Shown here: positions 24,991 to 38,241 of the stretch, piece after piece
Numbering within the stretch: position 1 is the first letter of the stretch
Layout of the letters: every line of letters starts with the position of its first letter
Assembly (NCBI GenBank): GCA_026770705.1
Contig: JANJGN010000035.1
Location: forward strand, 8,618,001-8,682,000
Source: Isurus oxyrinchus
Lineage: Eukaryota
DNA: 64,000 bases
Reading direction: 5' to 3'
The notes under the pieces: generated by a model
The model's database searches: none
What the model was told of the DNA's origin: nothing
Seen by the model: the letters and a program-made list of their open reading frames with translations, nothing else
Translations under genes and position numbers: made by a program

Positions 24991-26394
24991 GCTGGAATGT
25001 AGTGTCGGAAAATGTAAATTTCCCAAAATCGCATAAAAAATACAGGTATAATTAATGTGCATCAGTGCACTGTACCACTCATTTTATTCAGAGTAAGCGA
25101 GACAAGTTAAATGAGAAATTCATAAAGGGTGAAGAAGTTGGAGTAGGTGTGTCCTAGAGTTCTGCAGCACAGAAAAAGCCCCTTGGCCCATCGAGTTGCC
25201 CCGGTCAAACCTGTGCCCGAATTTCCAGCACTTGGGCTATAGCCACGTATGTCATGATATAGCAAGTGCGCACCGAAATTCATCTTAATTCAGCCAGATG
25301 CTAGTGGCAGTGTTTTGGTGGAACTAGTCGGTATTGTGTTCATCCATTTTCTGTGATTTGCATGATTATGCCAGCTCACAAACATAGTTCAGTCAACAAT
25401 GTTGGCTTAATTTATTTCGATATAGCTGCGAATAATTTTCGACCAAGGCTTTTTTAATATTCCACTTTTTCAAGAGCTTACATTATACCTTCTGATGTTC
25501 AGAAAATAACGTGGACTTTTATATCGTTTTTGCCAACTAATAATATTAATTTCTAGAATCCTGGCAAGAAACCCTTTGTAAGAAGTGAATAATAGCGATT
25601 TGTACGATAGAGTACCAATAGTTGTGTTATGATCAGAAACTAACATAAAAACAAGAAGCCAATGCCAAAAATAAAAACCTCAACTCTTGCACAATTCAAA
25701 AAAATCGCTGAATGAGCTCATTTTCAATTCAAGACTTCCAATTCGTTGTAAAATGCGTTCCAAAAAAAATCAATTGCAGGGCAACAGTCGACACGGAAAG
25801 CTGAGTTGTAAGTTTGATGTCTGAATGCGGAAATAATATTGTTTGAAACATTTTGCTGCAAAAGAAAAAGATATTCGTAGCACTTGCTGTGCAACTAGAA
25901 ACATTCACCATGATCTTTTTTTATTGCGGACAATGGTACAGTGTCAAATCAAAACGAGCGCTGCTACCCACTAAAGATTGATAAAATTACATTGGCTTTC
26001 TTGGCAGAAAAAAATGCAAACTAGAGCATTGGTGAGATGAAGGACGAAACTAAAATGAAAAGATGACAGGAGATCCAGTCCAATTTTTCCGACTGAATGA
26101 GTGAAATATTGCCAATTCGCCAACATCCCTCTGGATTATCAGGGAGACCACATTCCAAATATCAAAGCATACGAATAATTATAATAATCATAATATTAAT
26201 AAAGAACTATAAATCCCTGCGTGTTAGGTTTCACATCGCAAGAGTGCCTGCTTCTAAGGGAGGACGTCATAGTGAAAGTGTTATTTTCATAAGCCTGTGT
26301 ATCTGTATTTATTACCCAGATGCACGTTCCAACAATTAGTTCACAAAATGTACTGATTCTAAAGAGCATAATTGTCAGAACAGATTTAAACTGC

Positions 26395-26590
26395 TTGCTT
26401 AAAATATATTAATAGAGCTTCATTCTATCTTTATGATCAGTGCATCCAGTATTTTGACGATGGAAGTCTTATCTGCCCTTCTGTCGAAAATCGATTGTTC
26501 ATCAACCTGATATTTATCGGAACAAACGGAAGGAATGCGTCATTAATGAGTCCAATATATCATTTATTCTGAGTAATGATTGTGCTCTAT
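26395..26590 (-). pseudogene. CARD-like exon remnant, probably belonging to the 16.8-18.6 kb NLR
   Basis: RAQSLLRINDILDSLMTH.(frameshift).DKYQVDEQSIFDRRADKTSIVKILDALIIKIE*SSINIF fits the CARD pattern R..L...I..ILD.L....Y.......R.LLD.L..KGE.....F. Confidence 0.45.
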
Positions 26591-27359
26591 TCCATACAAT
26601 TATTCTTGTTTAATCTGTCTTCGATTATGGAGCACACGTAATTCTTATATGGCCAGCATCATTTACCTACCACGCATTGCCTTAAAGAAAATAGCACCGC
26701 CACACATTCTTGAACCACTGGAGCCCGTAAGCTGAAGGGAGATTCAAATGCTGTCAATGAGTAAGTTTTCCACGTTGCTATGAGACCGAGAAAGAAGGGG
26801 AATCTTCTCCCAAGACAGGCTTCCGCAAATAGGAAGATGAGAACTTGCACGCAATGGTGATATGTCTTCATACTTCCCCTTTATCATTGTTGATGTTGCT
26901 GGTTTTGAAGATGTTCTCAAATGCATATTGGAGAGCTGACATATTGAATTCTAGTAATTGCACACACTGCAGCTACTGTGCGCTGGAGGACTGGAAGAAA
27001 ATCTTTAAGGAAGTGGATGGGGGTGCCTATAAGTTATCGTGTATGGTTTCAAGAGACTTGTGTATGGTTGAAACTTACGTCCTTCAGTTAAATTGTTTTT
27101 TTAACCATACCGCTAACTTGCACATTTTGGATGCTGAACCCATTTCTTGAAACTGGAGTTGTGTGACTCAGTGGAGTTGTCCGAACCACAGGCCACTCTT
27201 TGGAGAGACAGTCTAACAAATAGTGCAGAGCATAGCAACGGGCTCAATCTGCTTAACCAGTTTTTGCTCCACTCAAGCCTCTGAAGTTTCCTCACCAAAT
27301 CCACCAGCCTAAATATTCCATTTCCATCTTATGTATCTCTGTCTTCCCCTTATATGTGC

Positions 27360-27780
27360 ACTTTGCATTCATCGATTCTTGGAATGCGGGCTTCTGTGAC
27401 AAATCATAATTTATTGAATATTCCTAAGTGCCCTTGAGAACGTGATGGTGAACCAAATGCTAAAACGCTACACGACCATTCTAATTGTTGTCAGGAATGG
27501 ATTCCGACGATTTTGCCATAGTCTCAGTGAAAGATCTGCAATAGCATTGCAAGTCACCATGATGTGTGTCTGGGAGAGGATAATGAAAGTGGTGGTGTTG
27601 ATTGGATTCTGCTGCCTTTGTCCTTTTCGATTTTTGAATTCACGGGTGTGGAAGGTATTGGCGAAAGGCACAATCACATCAGCATACATATTACTGCTGT
27701 ATATAAAAACCAACATTCTGTAGAAGCTGGACAAAGGCGGAATGCGTTGGCACACTGCTTGTTCACCATTTGAGAAGGAC
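27360..27780 (-). mobile_element. 3' fragment of the L2/Crack-like LINE
   Basis: Reverse complement resembles 45350-45720. Confidence 0.6.
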
Positions 27781-28149
27781 TGAGGCCTGTGTGCACATAC
27801 ATGTTACGTCTAACATGCATAAGTGAGGCACATAATGAGGGTGATTGGTAATATTAAATTAGCTGACAGTGTTATTGTTAGAACAATAAGTATTGTTTTC
27901 CAAGTTTTATCGAATCACAGATTCACCAAATTATGTATTCTTAAGCAGCGCTGTACTGTCATTATTTTGAACGTTGCAAGCAATCGAATGGACCATGCTG
28001 TTTGATGCATTGCCACAGTTTTTGGGAGTTAGGGCCTACATACATGTCATGACACCCGCACTGACGTGCATTTAACCCATTACTCATATGTGTGTTACAT
28101 CGGATGTCTTCCAGACAGCACGTTAGCATCCAGTTTTGGCAGATAGCAA

Positions 28150-30060
28150 AGCTATAACAAATGCATTGTGAAGCATCTAGCTTTAATAGCAGCTCATTTT
28201 TTAAAGGTTCTGGTACCCTTACAGGCTTACCTGAAATACACTAGGTATATTTCAGAAACAAAAGTGTTGGCTATAGACCCAGTCATGCGTTTCCACGAAA
28301 AATTCACGAGAACAACTATGGTCAAACCAGTCGTCTACGCTCTAAGACTGCAAAACAAGTCCAAATGTCACTTCCACAAGAATGACGTTGTAACAAAATG
28401 CAAGATGATCTTAAGGATGGCCGTAAACTCCTATCCATTGGGCCTTCCGCTACACATAACATTGCCGTACTGTTCGAGAACAAGTTACAATAATAGTAGC
28501 TTGACTTGTTTGCGAGTAGTGATCCGCATGTTGCTGTATAAATTGCGGCCTCACAGTTCACTGTGTTAACGTATACATGGGTTGACCAAGACACACGCCA
28601 GTGACGTCCGCTTAACCCCTATCTTACATATGACTTGCACAGCAAAACATGAATTTGACAACAGGCTGAACCACGTACTGCAACTAGTTCTCTCCAAATT
28701 TTCCATGTACACTATGACGGAATGTCTCACTTTTGCAAACATTATACAACACTTCCATTTAGATCGCAATGAAGTATCCACGGGTTCCTGTGACATTGCT
28801 GTCCTATTGACCAATGTGCCACTTTAGGAAACGATCAGTGTTTATACTGCCCCGCTATTTCCCGGTGATAGGTGTTCACCAGTATTGCATTTATCGGCAT
28901 TTATTAAAATTATGAACTCAGAAACTCTGCGGTTAAGTTCAATTAACCCTCAAGAACATGCATTGCCAAATAGATGGTGTTGCCATGGAAACTCCTCCTG
29001 GCCCAGCCTCGCAGATTATCACTGCCTGCCTACACGAGAAATACATCTTCAATACAATGAACACACAGCCTCCTTCGCCTTTCATATTTCCGATGTGTAA
29101 GTGATACTTTTGGATCTGGATCTGCAGCAGAATGCAAGTAACTATTCTCATACTTCAATGGGCTCCATTATACGCTCAAATTTACCTTTGAAACTAAACA
29201 GTGAAATGTCCTCTCCATTTTCGACATGCCAGTTGTGAGATCTGTCAATGGTTTGTCTACTATTTCCTGCCACAAGCCCACCTTCGTCAATGCACGTGGT
29301 AGGATTCCCACATTTGTACATGCCCTAACATGGGCATGTATTGGCCCTACGAAAAGCTCGTAAATGGGGCAAGGACATTTTCTCACCATGCAAGCTTTAT
29401 GCTGAAATTAGAATAAAGCAATCCGGAAGTATAATTGATATCCTAATCAGAACATTGCTCACTGAATATCGCACACTCACAAATGTTACTTTAAAGTACC
29501 CAGGCTCTCGAAGTTTCGCTGGACGCGTAAGCAGCGTTAAGACTTGTGCAGCAAACGAATATAGCCATTTCACGCTGTTACAATGCATCAGCAGCACGAT
29601 CGTTATCCTTCATTAAAATGAAGCTTCCTTCAAATTAGTTAGGCATTCTGCTTAACACAGAATGGCTAAATGCGGTAAATGGATTTTCATGCCAGTGTTA
29701 AAACAGGAATGTGGGCTGTTGAAGCTTGTCAATCAACACATGTGTTTGGCAGGTCGCGATATGCATCATACTGACTGTATTCAAACAACCCTTGTTTTTA
29801 ATCGAAGATGATTATGACCAACAGACATTTGGAGACTCGAGAGCACAAAGCTAGATAAGCAATCCTCATTCTGCAAAGAATTATAATGACAACTGATTTC
29901 CAATTATCAGTTCGGTTCGCAGTGTGCCACACTTAAGTGTGCACAAAGCTATTTATTTTCCCTCAAAGGGTGCTGTCCTTTGCAAATCTAAAGAGCACAC
30001 CCAGGCATTGTTCATATTCCAACTAAGCAAACGCTTGAGGTATACTTTTCCTTTGCTAAT
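28150..30060 (+). mobile_element. Penelope-like retroelement of a second, older family (RT plus GIY-YIG), degenerate
   Basis: HGLTKTHASDVRLTPIL (cf. YGLPKTHK..VPLRPI); SCDIAVLLTNVPL (cf. SFDI.SLFTNVP); GVAMETPPGP (cf. GVAMGSPLGP); YFRCVSDTF (cf. YFRYVDDTF); NGLHYTLKFTFE; CHKPTF. Confidence 0.88.
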
Positions 30061-30549
30061 TCTCAATGGCAACCATTTCAGCAATGAGCGCTGAGCTGCA
30101 TATATTGAGTAAGGTCAAAATCTGCACAGGTAGCTCTCTCCTGCTGCAGTCACGATAGTACAACATATACAAATCGTGGGTTTCTTTCCACCACATTAAC
30201 AATCCCATTTCATAGCATACAACATGTCATTCCGTTTAGATTTGGTAATCTTGTGAATTTGGTCTGATGAATGTAAACAAAAACCTTCTCGGCAATACTC
30301 ACGTTCTCTAAAATTAAATATATATGTTTGTGGGTGTGTGTGTACTATTTGCTTCAATCATTCCTTGCGATAGAAATATCCACATGTACTCGTTGGACAT
30401 CTTGATCACAATCTTGATTGCCTACAGTAAAGCTATTCCTAGCAAGTTGAAGCATGTTCTCTTCCTCTATCCTAATTAAATAATTTAATCATTTTCGAGA
30501 ATTTTAGTTGTTCACGCGACAGCCATCATAAATACATACGGGAATATTT

Positions 30550-30910
30550 GTTTTGGTAATGGGGTCTGGGCGTCCCTAACAAGGTCAGCGTTTATTGGCC
30601 GCCCCAACTTGCCTTTGAGATCTCAATGGCTTGCTCGGCCATTTAAGTCGACATTAAAGAGTCACATGTAGGCCAGACCAAGTAACGTGGCAGATTTCCT
30701 CCCGAAAGTTGGTTAGTGAACCAAATCTTTTTTTAAGACATTTGACATAGTTTTCATGGGCATTATCCACTTATTATTGATTTGAAATTTCCCCCTCTGC
30801 CATATTAATCCAAGTTGGATCCAGACAGCCTTGCTCTTGCTTTCTGGTTTATTAATAGCATCTGTATTACTAGTCAAATAACCGTATCACTACCTCACAT
30901 CACCTTGTAT
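30550..30910 (-). mobile_element. SINE copy (companion of the L2/Crack-like LINE)
   Basis: Begins with the reverse complement of the tail (tgggcgtccctaacaaggtcagcgtttattggcc) and is homologous to 32200-32570. Confidence 0.6.
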
Positions 30911-30984
30911 ACAACACCTTGATCAACATGCATTACTCGATGTGATCAAAGAAAAACGTTATATAAACGTTCCATGCACAGCCA

Positions 30985-31600
30985 TAGAAGCATAGAGTTA
31001 TACAACAACGAAACAGAACCTTCGGCCAATCGTGCCCATGCCACCATCAAACACTAAAATATTCCAATCAAATTTTTCAGCATTGTTTCCTCAGCCCTGT
31101 ATGCTATGGCGTTTCAAGTGTTCATCTAATTATTTTCTAAAAGTGGAGAAGGCACTTCCCTAAACCACCCCCTCAGGCAGTGTTGTCCATATTCCAACCT
31201 CTCTCAGGGAGTTTTTTTTTTTCCCCTTCAAGATCTATCTAAACTTTTTGTTCCCCCAAATCTACCGTATTCACTCCGATTATTGACAACTCCTCTAAGG
31301 GGATAAACGTTCCTTGCTACCTACCCTATCCTTGCCTCTCATAATTTTTATACAGCTATCAGGTCCCCAACTCAGCTTCCTCTTCCCGAAGGAAAACAAC
31401 CCTAGCATATCTTTTATCTCTTCGTAGCTGAAACGCTCCAGCCCAGGCAGCATGCAGGCAAATCTCCCCTGCTCCCCCTCCAGTGCAATTAAATCAGCCC
31501 TATAGGTGGCCAGCAGAAATCACAACAGATCTCTAGCCGGCAGCTAACTAATATTTTTAAAAGCTTATTTTCTCTATCTTCCCTGCTTAACATCTTAATA
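30985..31600 (-). mobile_element. CR1 LINE 3' end
   Basis: catagaagcatagagttatacaacaacgaaacagaaccttcggcc is a typical reverse-oriented CR1 3' terminus, followed by RT-region sequence. Confidence 0.7.
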
Positions 31601-32199
31601 CCCTTCTCCAGTATATTTTCCCTAATTTACAACGGGCTTGAAAGCCTATGTAGAAATTTTAGATAAAAGAGAAATATTCTGAGTATTGGAATTATTACAT
31701 ATTAACGATTGGTGATTTTATATTTGTAGAATCCAACATTCTCTCTACACACCCGGACAAATGCCATGCAAGCCCCCTGGGCTCCCGCTTTCCTTCCCAC
31801 CAAATTCTAGATTGAGAGACAGCTGCGTGATCAGGGGTTAGATGAAGTTTGAATACAATTCTGATGTTGCTGCTGGCCTACCACACCTGATGAATTCTCA
31901 GTTATGAGTTGCTGGCCACGTTCTGGACATATCATTTTTGGTCGTTTGTATTGACACACAACAGCAAGAAAGATGTCCATAATGCATGGAAAAACACCTC
32001 CAGCTAGTCGTTCCTGGAAATACTGTGATGGGCAGATGCAACCACTAAAGTAGCTTGATGCTACTAGGGAGCTAATGCCCTGCTGGACATTGAGGCCTCC
32101 TTCCAGGAGAGAGTTTGTGGCTTCCTACTAGATATTTATGTTCCATAAACTTTCAACAGGGAGGAGCGCAGAGCAATCACGAGGGGGACATGGTGATGT

Positions 32200-32570
32200 T
32201 GAAATAATGTCACACCATTAGTAATTAAGGCTGATCAGCTGGGGACACATGCTGAAATTCCAAGATGGAAGCTGGTGGAATTTAAGTTCAATTGCTAAAT
32301 CAGGAATGGAAAGCTCGTCCCATTTATGTTGGCCATGGGTCTTTCATCGATTGTTGTAAAAATCCATCTAGTTCACCAATGCTCTTTGGGGAAGAAAAAC
32401 TATGCCTTTTCATTGTCTATACGACATGTGACCGCTGATCGGCAGTGCAGTGGTTGACCCTTCACTGCCATCTGAAATGGCCTTGTCAGACCTTCAGTTC
32501 AATGCAAACAAAGATGGGAAATAAATGCCGGCCTTGTCAATGATACGCGCATCCTATAAAAGAATGAAAA
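32200..32570 (+). mobile_element. SINE copy
   Basis: Head and body are homologous to 42650-42930. The tail gatgggaaataaatgccggccttgtcaatgatacgcgcatcc...gaatgaaaaa is homologous to the LINE 3' ends at ~45660 and ~58650. Confidence 0.7.
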
Positions 32571-33427
32571 ACTATCGTGTGAAGAAGCGTTCAATATATT
32601 AATCAGCAGAATGTTTCCTTCGCCAATGTTAAAGCTGACACCAGAAGCATCATTGGGGTCTCAATCAATTTACACTTCTGCAGCTCCTACGTGTACAACA
32701 CTTCCATAGTTTTTGATGGTTCTGTAGTACAATTGGTACAGGCGTAACAACAAATGGAAACGCAGGATTCTTGTGCATAATTTGCAAGGTATGCTTTCTG
32801 AGATACCTATATCAATTGTTCCTTGATTAATACTGTGGTCAGTCAGGCTCTTGTACCTGGGTGAGTATTCTGGGTTGTGCTAGCAATTTGTGGAAGGTAA
32901 CATGGCGTTATTAAGAACGAATTTTAGAACCATCTGATGTTTCACTGGTCAGTTTACGTTCGCGTTGTCAATATAACTGCTTGCTTTGCTAAACCTATTC
33001 TAGGATAATTGCGATTCAACCACGTTTCTGTGAATATTGAACCTCATGGAAGCAAGACCAGGCAATGACGACTGGTTTAACTATGTAAAAGCAATCTTCA
33101 TTAGTTTGGTTTTAGTTGGTTTCTTTAAGTTTTGGTGAACACGAAGTGGACTTGATTATGAAGTTGATCTATATTTTTTTTTACAATACACGTTGTTTGT
33201 TATTATTACTTTAATGTAAACCTTTAACAACTACTTAGTGAAGTGTTATATCATGTGTTTGCAAATTTAATGTCGATGCTGGCAACAATCTCATCATGTG
33301 AACTTGCCTTAAATAACTTCACCACGAAATGATGAATCTTCCTATAAAAAATCTGATATGATTCTCATACAGAAACATCTCTAAAATTTAACCAGCATGA
33401 AAATAATCAATAGATAATGCAAACTAC

Positions 33428-33619
33428 CTAAATCCTTTCAGATTCCCCATTCCCTGGCTTAGTTGCTGCAATGCAGGAATTAATTTGTCAGTTAGCACGT
33501 TAGCGTGTTCTCCATTCGGGCTATCATTACTCAGGTCTAATAGCATCAATGGATGATTTACACCGAGAGCAGAGACCAGATTTTCCACGCAATCGTCTGT
33601 GAGATTGTTCAATTTTCTT
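33428..33619 (-). pseudogene. NLR leucine-rich-repeat exon (192 nt, phase 2-2)
   Basis: aaacag|...RKLNNLTDDCVENLVSALGVNHPLMLLDLSNDSPNGEHANVLTDKLIPALQQLSQGMGNLKGFR...ttag|gtag. Ribonuclease-inhibitor-type LRR with canonical splice sites. Confidence 0.9.
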
Positions 33620-33892
33620 CTGTTTTAACGAAAAATAAGGCTGACATTGTAGTAACGATGAAGATACCAGAAATTAGATACTATGACCAATGAATTGTTT
33701 AGAATTTCAACACTTGCAGGAATACCTGCACATGCACAATGCAAGTTATTAAACAACTAAATTTTGGCCCTCCCAACATAAATCAAATCTAGTTTATCTT
33801 ATTAATTATTGCTACCATACATTTTCTTAATAATAGCCTTACATCTACCATTTATAGTTAGACTTTCCGATGTTTTAAAGACAATTACTCAT

Positions 33893-33979
33893 TCCAATTT
33901 CTGCATTTTACAATCTGTTTTCTTCAGAACAGCAGAGTGCAGCACAACCCCCAAATCTGCAATACTATTTTCATTCAGC
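33893..33979 (-). pseudogene. NLR LRR exon (87 nt, phase 2-2) with mutated donor
   Basis: gcttag|G LNENSIADLGVVLHSAVLKKTDCKMQKLE|atgagt, cf. L..N.LGDSGVKL.S..L....CKIQKL. The donor reads AT instead of GT. Confidence 0.88.
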
Positions 33980-34899
33980 CTAAGCATACAAAAAGAGAAT
34001 CAGTACGTGTGACTGAATTATGCATCAGGCAGTGAATATTCGCAAATAAGCAATATATTTTACTGGAGGGAGGCCGGTCATTCGGAAGTCAATATATTAC
34101 TTGCTTTTCTAGTTCAATAATTTAGCGGGAATAGGTAGGTAGGATTCAGCAACGATATGATCTGTTTAAACATACAGTTCCACCATTCAAAGTAGTCATC
34201 ATTTTGTCTCGTATTCCTTTGTTCTAGGCAACTTACTGTACCTTAATATGTGCTTATATTAGAAAGAGGACTCAAAAGGAGATAAATTAAATACCTGTGG
34301 CAAAAGAAAAAAATCAGTGGTATGTTTTTAAGTCAGTGAATGTATATCTCTCTCTCCCTCACTGTCTGCATGTATGTTTAAGCAAGTCTCTCTCCCTCTG
34401 TGCGTTTATCATCGTTGACTAACGCACTCTAAATGTCTCATGAATAACGAGTATGGGTTGTATAATGGAAATTAATGCAAGTTGGCCATGCTTTCATTTA
34501 AAAACAAATGTTATAAATGTTGGGCGACAAAGAAGACAGATTATGGCATTGGAGGACTAGTGCCTGCTTGTGGGTGGGGAGAATGGGCGAATTCAATAAC
34601 AAATAAGATTTTCCATGTTAGAATTAAAACTGGATGAAGTAAGACAGAATGTGGGGCTCCCCATGGCTCACTGCTGGGATAGAGGGATGTGGCTGTTTCT
34701 GTGCATAGTTGCTTAAAGTTGGCAGAACCTTTCAAAAGCGTAGTTAGAAAAGCAGATTTTTTTTCATAAATGGGCGAATTATGCCTTCACAAATTAATAT
34801 TACGCAGAACATGTATTAAGCGCTGGTTGGACCGCAGCGACAATATTGTGCCAGTTTTTGATTCCATGCTTCAAGAAATGTTTTTCTCCATTGCTCTTT

Positions 34900-35600
34900 C
34901 ATGGGTTGTGGGCAGTGCAACCAGGCCATAAAATCTTGCCCACAAAAAAATTAACCTTGAAAATAACAGGCTGAGCTGCCTTCTTGATCCACTCCAGCAG
35001 ATTTAATGCAAGGGCATTCACTATGCTATTCGGATGAAATTTATAGATTTTTGATCCGGTGACAAGGAAAGAATCAAGATATAGTTCCATGTCATAATGT
35101 TTTGTGGCAAATTTCATGTTGTGGTAAGGTGGTGGTCTTATGCCTCTATTACCATTAGCCAATTGGCCGGTTGAGGTCTTGGGTTTGCAATGTGTTGGCA
35201 ACTCAGCCTTGGCGAGTCCATGCAGTGCATCTTAGCGATAATACACGTTGCTGCCAAAGTTCGTCGAATTTGGAGTGTATGCATATTTAATTCCGAGTTG
35301 GAGTGCGGACCAAGAAGGCTTCTTTGAACAGGACGTTGTCGACGATCTTGAATATTGTTGTGCAACGGCATTCATCCTGCAAGTCCGTGATTATTCCAAC
35401 ACGCTGCTGACTTCAAAATTAGACATGGCAAAGAGCATTTGATTAGTCCGGAGAAGGGAGACTCAATCAAAAGTCGCATGCGTTAACATGGCCTTGAAAT
35501 TCCAGCATTTTCGTGAACAGTCCACTTCATTCTCTGGTCAATTTGAACGCCCAGAATGGTGACAGCTGTTATATTCAGCGATGGCACTTCCAATGAATGT
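34900..35600 (-). mobile_element. L2/Crack-like LINE fragment
   Basis: Reverse complement resembles the RT C-terminal/3' part at 45050-45700. Confidence 0.6.
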
Positions 35601-36542
35601 CACGTTTCTGCCTGTTTTTGGGAGAGTGCAGAGCAGAATTGGCAGAAAGGACATATGTGTGGGGATTTCAGCAATATAACGTTAAATTATCAGTGGATGT
35701 TTTTTTTTCCTGGAACATTGATACAGATGGAAAATAGATACAGCGAGTTCAGAAAAAAAAATAGTGTTCCCATTAGCTGGCACTAAGAAAGGTTAAGATG
35801 GAAATTTATGACCAACATATGCAGTGGCAATTTCAGGATGAACGTTGACTACAAGACTGGCAGAAGTAGCAAGATCAATGAATTCAAGCAAGATTAGTAA
35901 GCATTTAAGCTAAATATACTATCATGAAATTGACAGTGCAGAGAAAACGAGCTGAATAGATTGTTGTAGAAGCATCTGAATGGATACGATAAAACAAATT
36001 ACTTCTGTACGCACTGTAGTGAAGTTATTACTATGGTTTAAGAGGATAATTTTTCTGACTTCGCAGCTAAGTGTAATTTAGAAATTTCTGTCTGAAATTG
36101 TGGTGTAATCGTATTCAATATATTGAAAACGAAGTTCAATAAACACTGGTAATGCAAAACACATCACACTTATGCCAATGCCAAGTGGCGTGTAAAGGGA
36201 TGACATCTGCATGATTGATAGAGGCTCTGTGTTTCCGGATATATACTTTTTTTTTCTCCCATTATAAACTAGCATAATCTTAAAACAGCAAATTGGAACA
36301 CATCACACTGCTAAAATTTGATTCTCAATATTATGAGTGTGCTCCAGATGCAGATGTGAACTTGCCAACATCCAGCCTGATATATTTAGATATGCATGAA
36401 GGGGTGTTCATGTGCTATCCAAAAATCCTCTTCCTGCATTTTTCACCAGTGCAGTTCGCAGGAATTGGTGTGGCAGAAAATATACCAAAAGATAGTACAA
36501 CAGTTATTGATTAAAAATTCATTTAACAATTTGGATGACTAC

Positions 36543-38241
36543 CTGAGTATGTTTACTTTAGACACTATTGGTTCCAGCTGACCGATGCCCTCATGTTGTA
36601 TATGACAAGTACTGAGGTTTAGCTCTTCAGTCATCTCAACGTCCATTAAGGAGTTTGATAGAACGGCACAGTCAGCCGATTTAAGTTGACATTTTGTGAA
36701 TTTCATTACCTTCAAGGGTGATAATGCGTCCAACATCAGATCTCTGTCCCCAAATTCATGTAAGTAATGCAATGTTTTTAAGAGCGTGTTTTGGTTTCCA
36801 CTATCCTCCAAGTTATGAGCAAATTGTTTGCAGCTTTATTTGAGCCAAACAGATACAAGCGAGGTTGTTCCGTCCGGCATTTCACGCAATTCATCCTCAA
36901 GCTGAGCAACTGAGTTACATGATGTGAGGCCAAAAATAAATCGTGAAAACTTATCGAATCTGTGATCAGGGTATTTGTGCCACTTGTTAACAATTGCACC
37001 AGTTCTTTTTCCAGATTTATTTCGACTTTTCATAAAGGCTGCGACAAAGTCCTGCATATCGGAATGGGTAAATCTGTAGGAAACATTGGACAGATCTTTC
37101 TCTGGAATTTCTATCATCATTGTTGGGATAATAGTGGAAAATTCGAAGTCATGCCGTTTGAATTGTTCTGCCTTAAAAACAACAGCCTTGTTGCAACCTC
37201 CCTCGAATGCCAACTCACTAACTTTTAGCACCTCGTTTCTTAAATTCACTGCGGCACAAACGCTTCTGTGTAAAAGGAAGGTGAAGTAAGCCGAGTATAC
37301 CCATTTGCTGCGTGCGAGTAGTCGATTCCCAGCTCCTTTTGACGAATTAATTTCCAAGAATGAACAAAGTAATGAGCAGAACAGAGGATTATAAAGCATG
37401 CCGTGCAATTTTTCATTAAGTTCAATGTATTTGATTTCATCAGTCGCAGATTGTTCATCGTCAAAATACCACAGGAAATGTTGATTTGCTGCCTGGCGGA
37501 TCAAACCTAGGATTTCTCTGACTAGATTTATGCCTGCCTTTTCCAAAGATACCACATTCCAAGGTCTGCTTGTCCCCAGCACCAAACAACCTTTCAACAA
37601 ATGCCCTTTTATAAGGCAGCGCACAATATCAGATGTTGCATAATACGACTCAGGTTTGCTACATTGATTTTGGAGATTCTTGCCACTTTCTGCAACAGTG
37701 TAATCGACGGTTGGCTGAATTTCATCTATATCATCAAGTATAAGTAATATTTTTGCTGGTTCATTCCACAAATTTTCCAACCGGTTTTCGAAAACGGGGA
37801 AGAAATTATGTATCAGAATCCTTAAATATGTTTTTCCATTAACTGAATTCAAATTTTGAGCATTAAATGGAAAAACAAATGTAAATTGTTGGAATATTTC
37901 CCCTTCGGACCAATCAAGAATTATTTTCTGTATCATGGTGCTTTTCCAAATTACGATTTCCCCGATGACCACTGTGGTTTGAGAGGTTACTTTGTCAGTT
38001 GGAATGCTTTCCATTAACTGAGAAAGCTGAATTCCTTCGAGATCTTTCTCCAAGATAATAATCTCTAGTTCTCTACCTCGCGATTTACGTTCTTCTTCCA
38101 AAATATTCCATGCATGCAAAGGAACAATCCTTAGTTCAGCATACATTTGATCAAAGAAGATTCTTCTGGGTTTAGCATTTCTCATTTCTGTCACCATTTT
38201 ATTCTTGCTGTGCAGTTTCACTTTGTGCAGTTGTTCTATTT
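36543..38241 (-). pseudogene. NACHT exon of an NLRP3/NLRC3-like NLR, with an in-frame premature stop and a degenerate P-loop
   Basis: The 481-codon ORF 36836-38281 and ORF 36539-36811 are in the same frame, separated by TAA (36836-36838). Motifs: MYAELRIV, GEIVIWKSTMIQKIILDWSEGEIFQQFTFVFPF, LLILDDIDE, LLKGCLVLGTSRP, YNPLFCSLLC, YRFTHSDMQDFVAA, FSRFIFGL, LHYLHE, DCAVLS. Acceptor ttcaag| (phase 1), donor ctcag|gtag. Confidence 0.93.
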
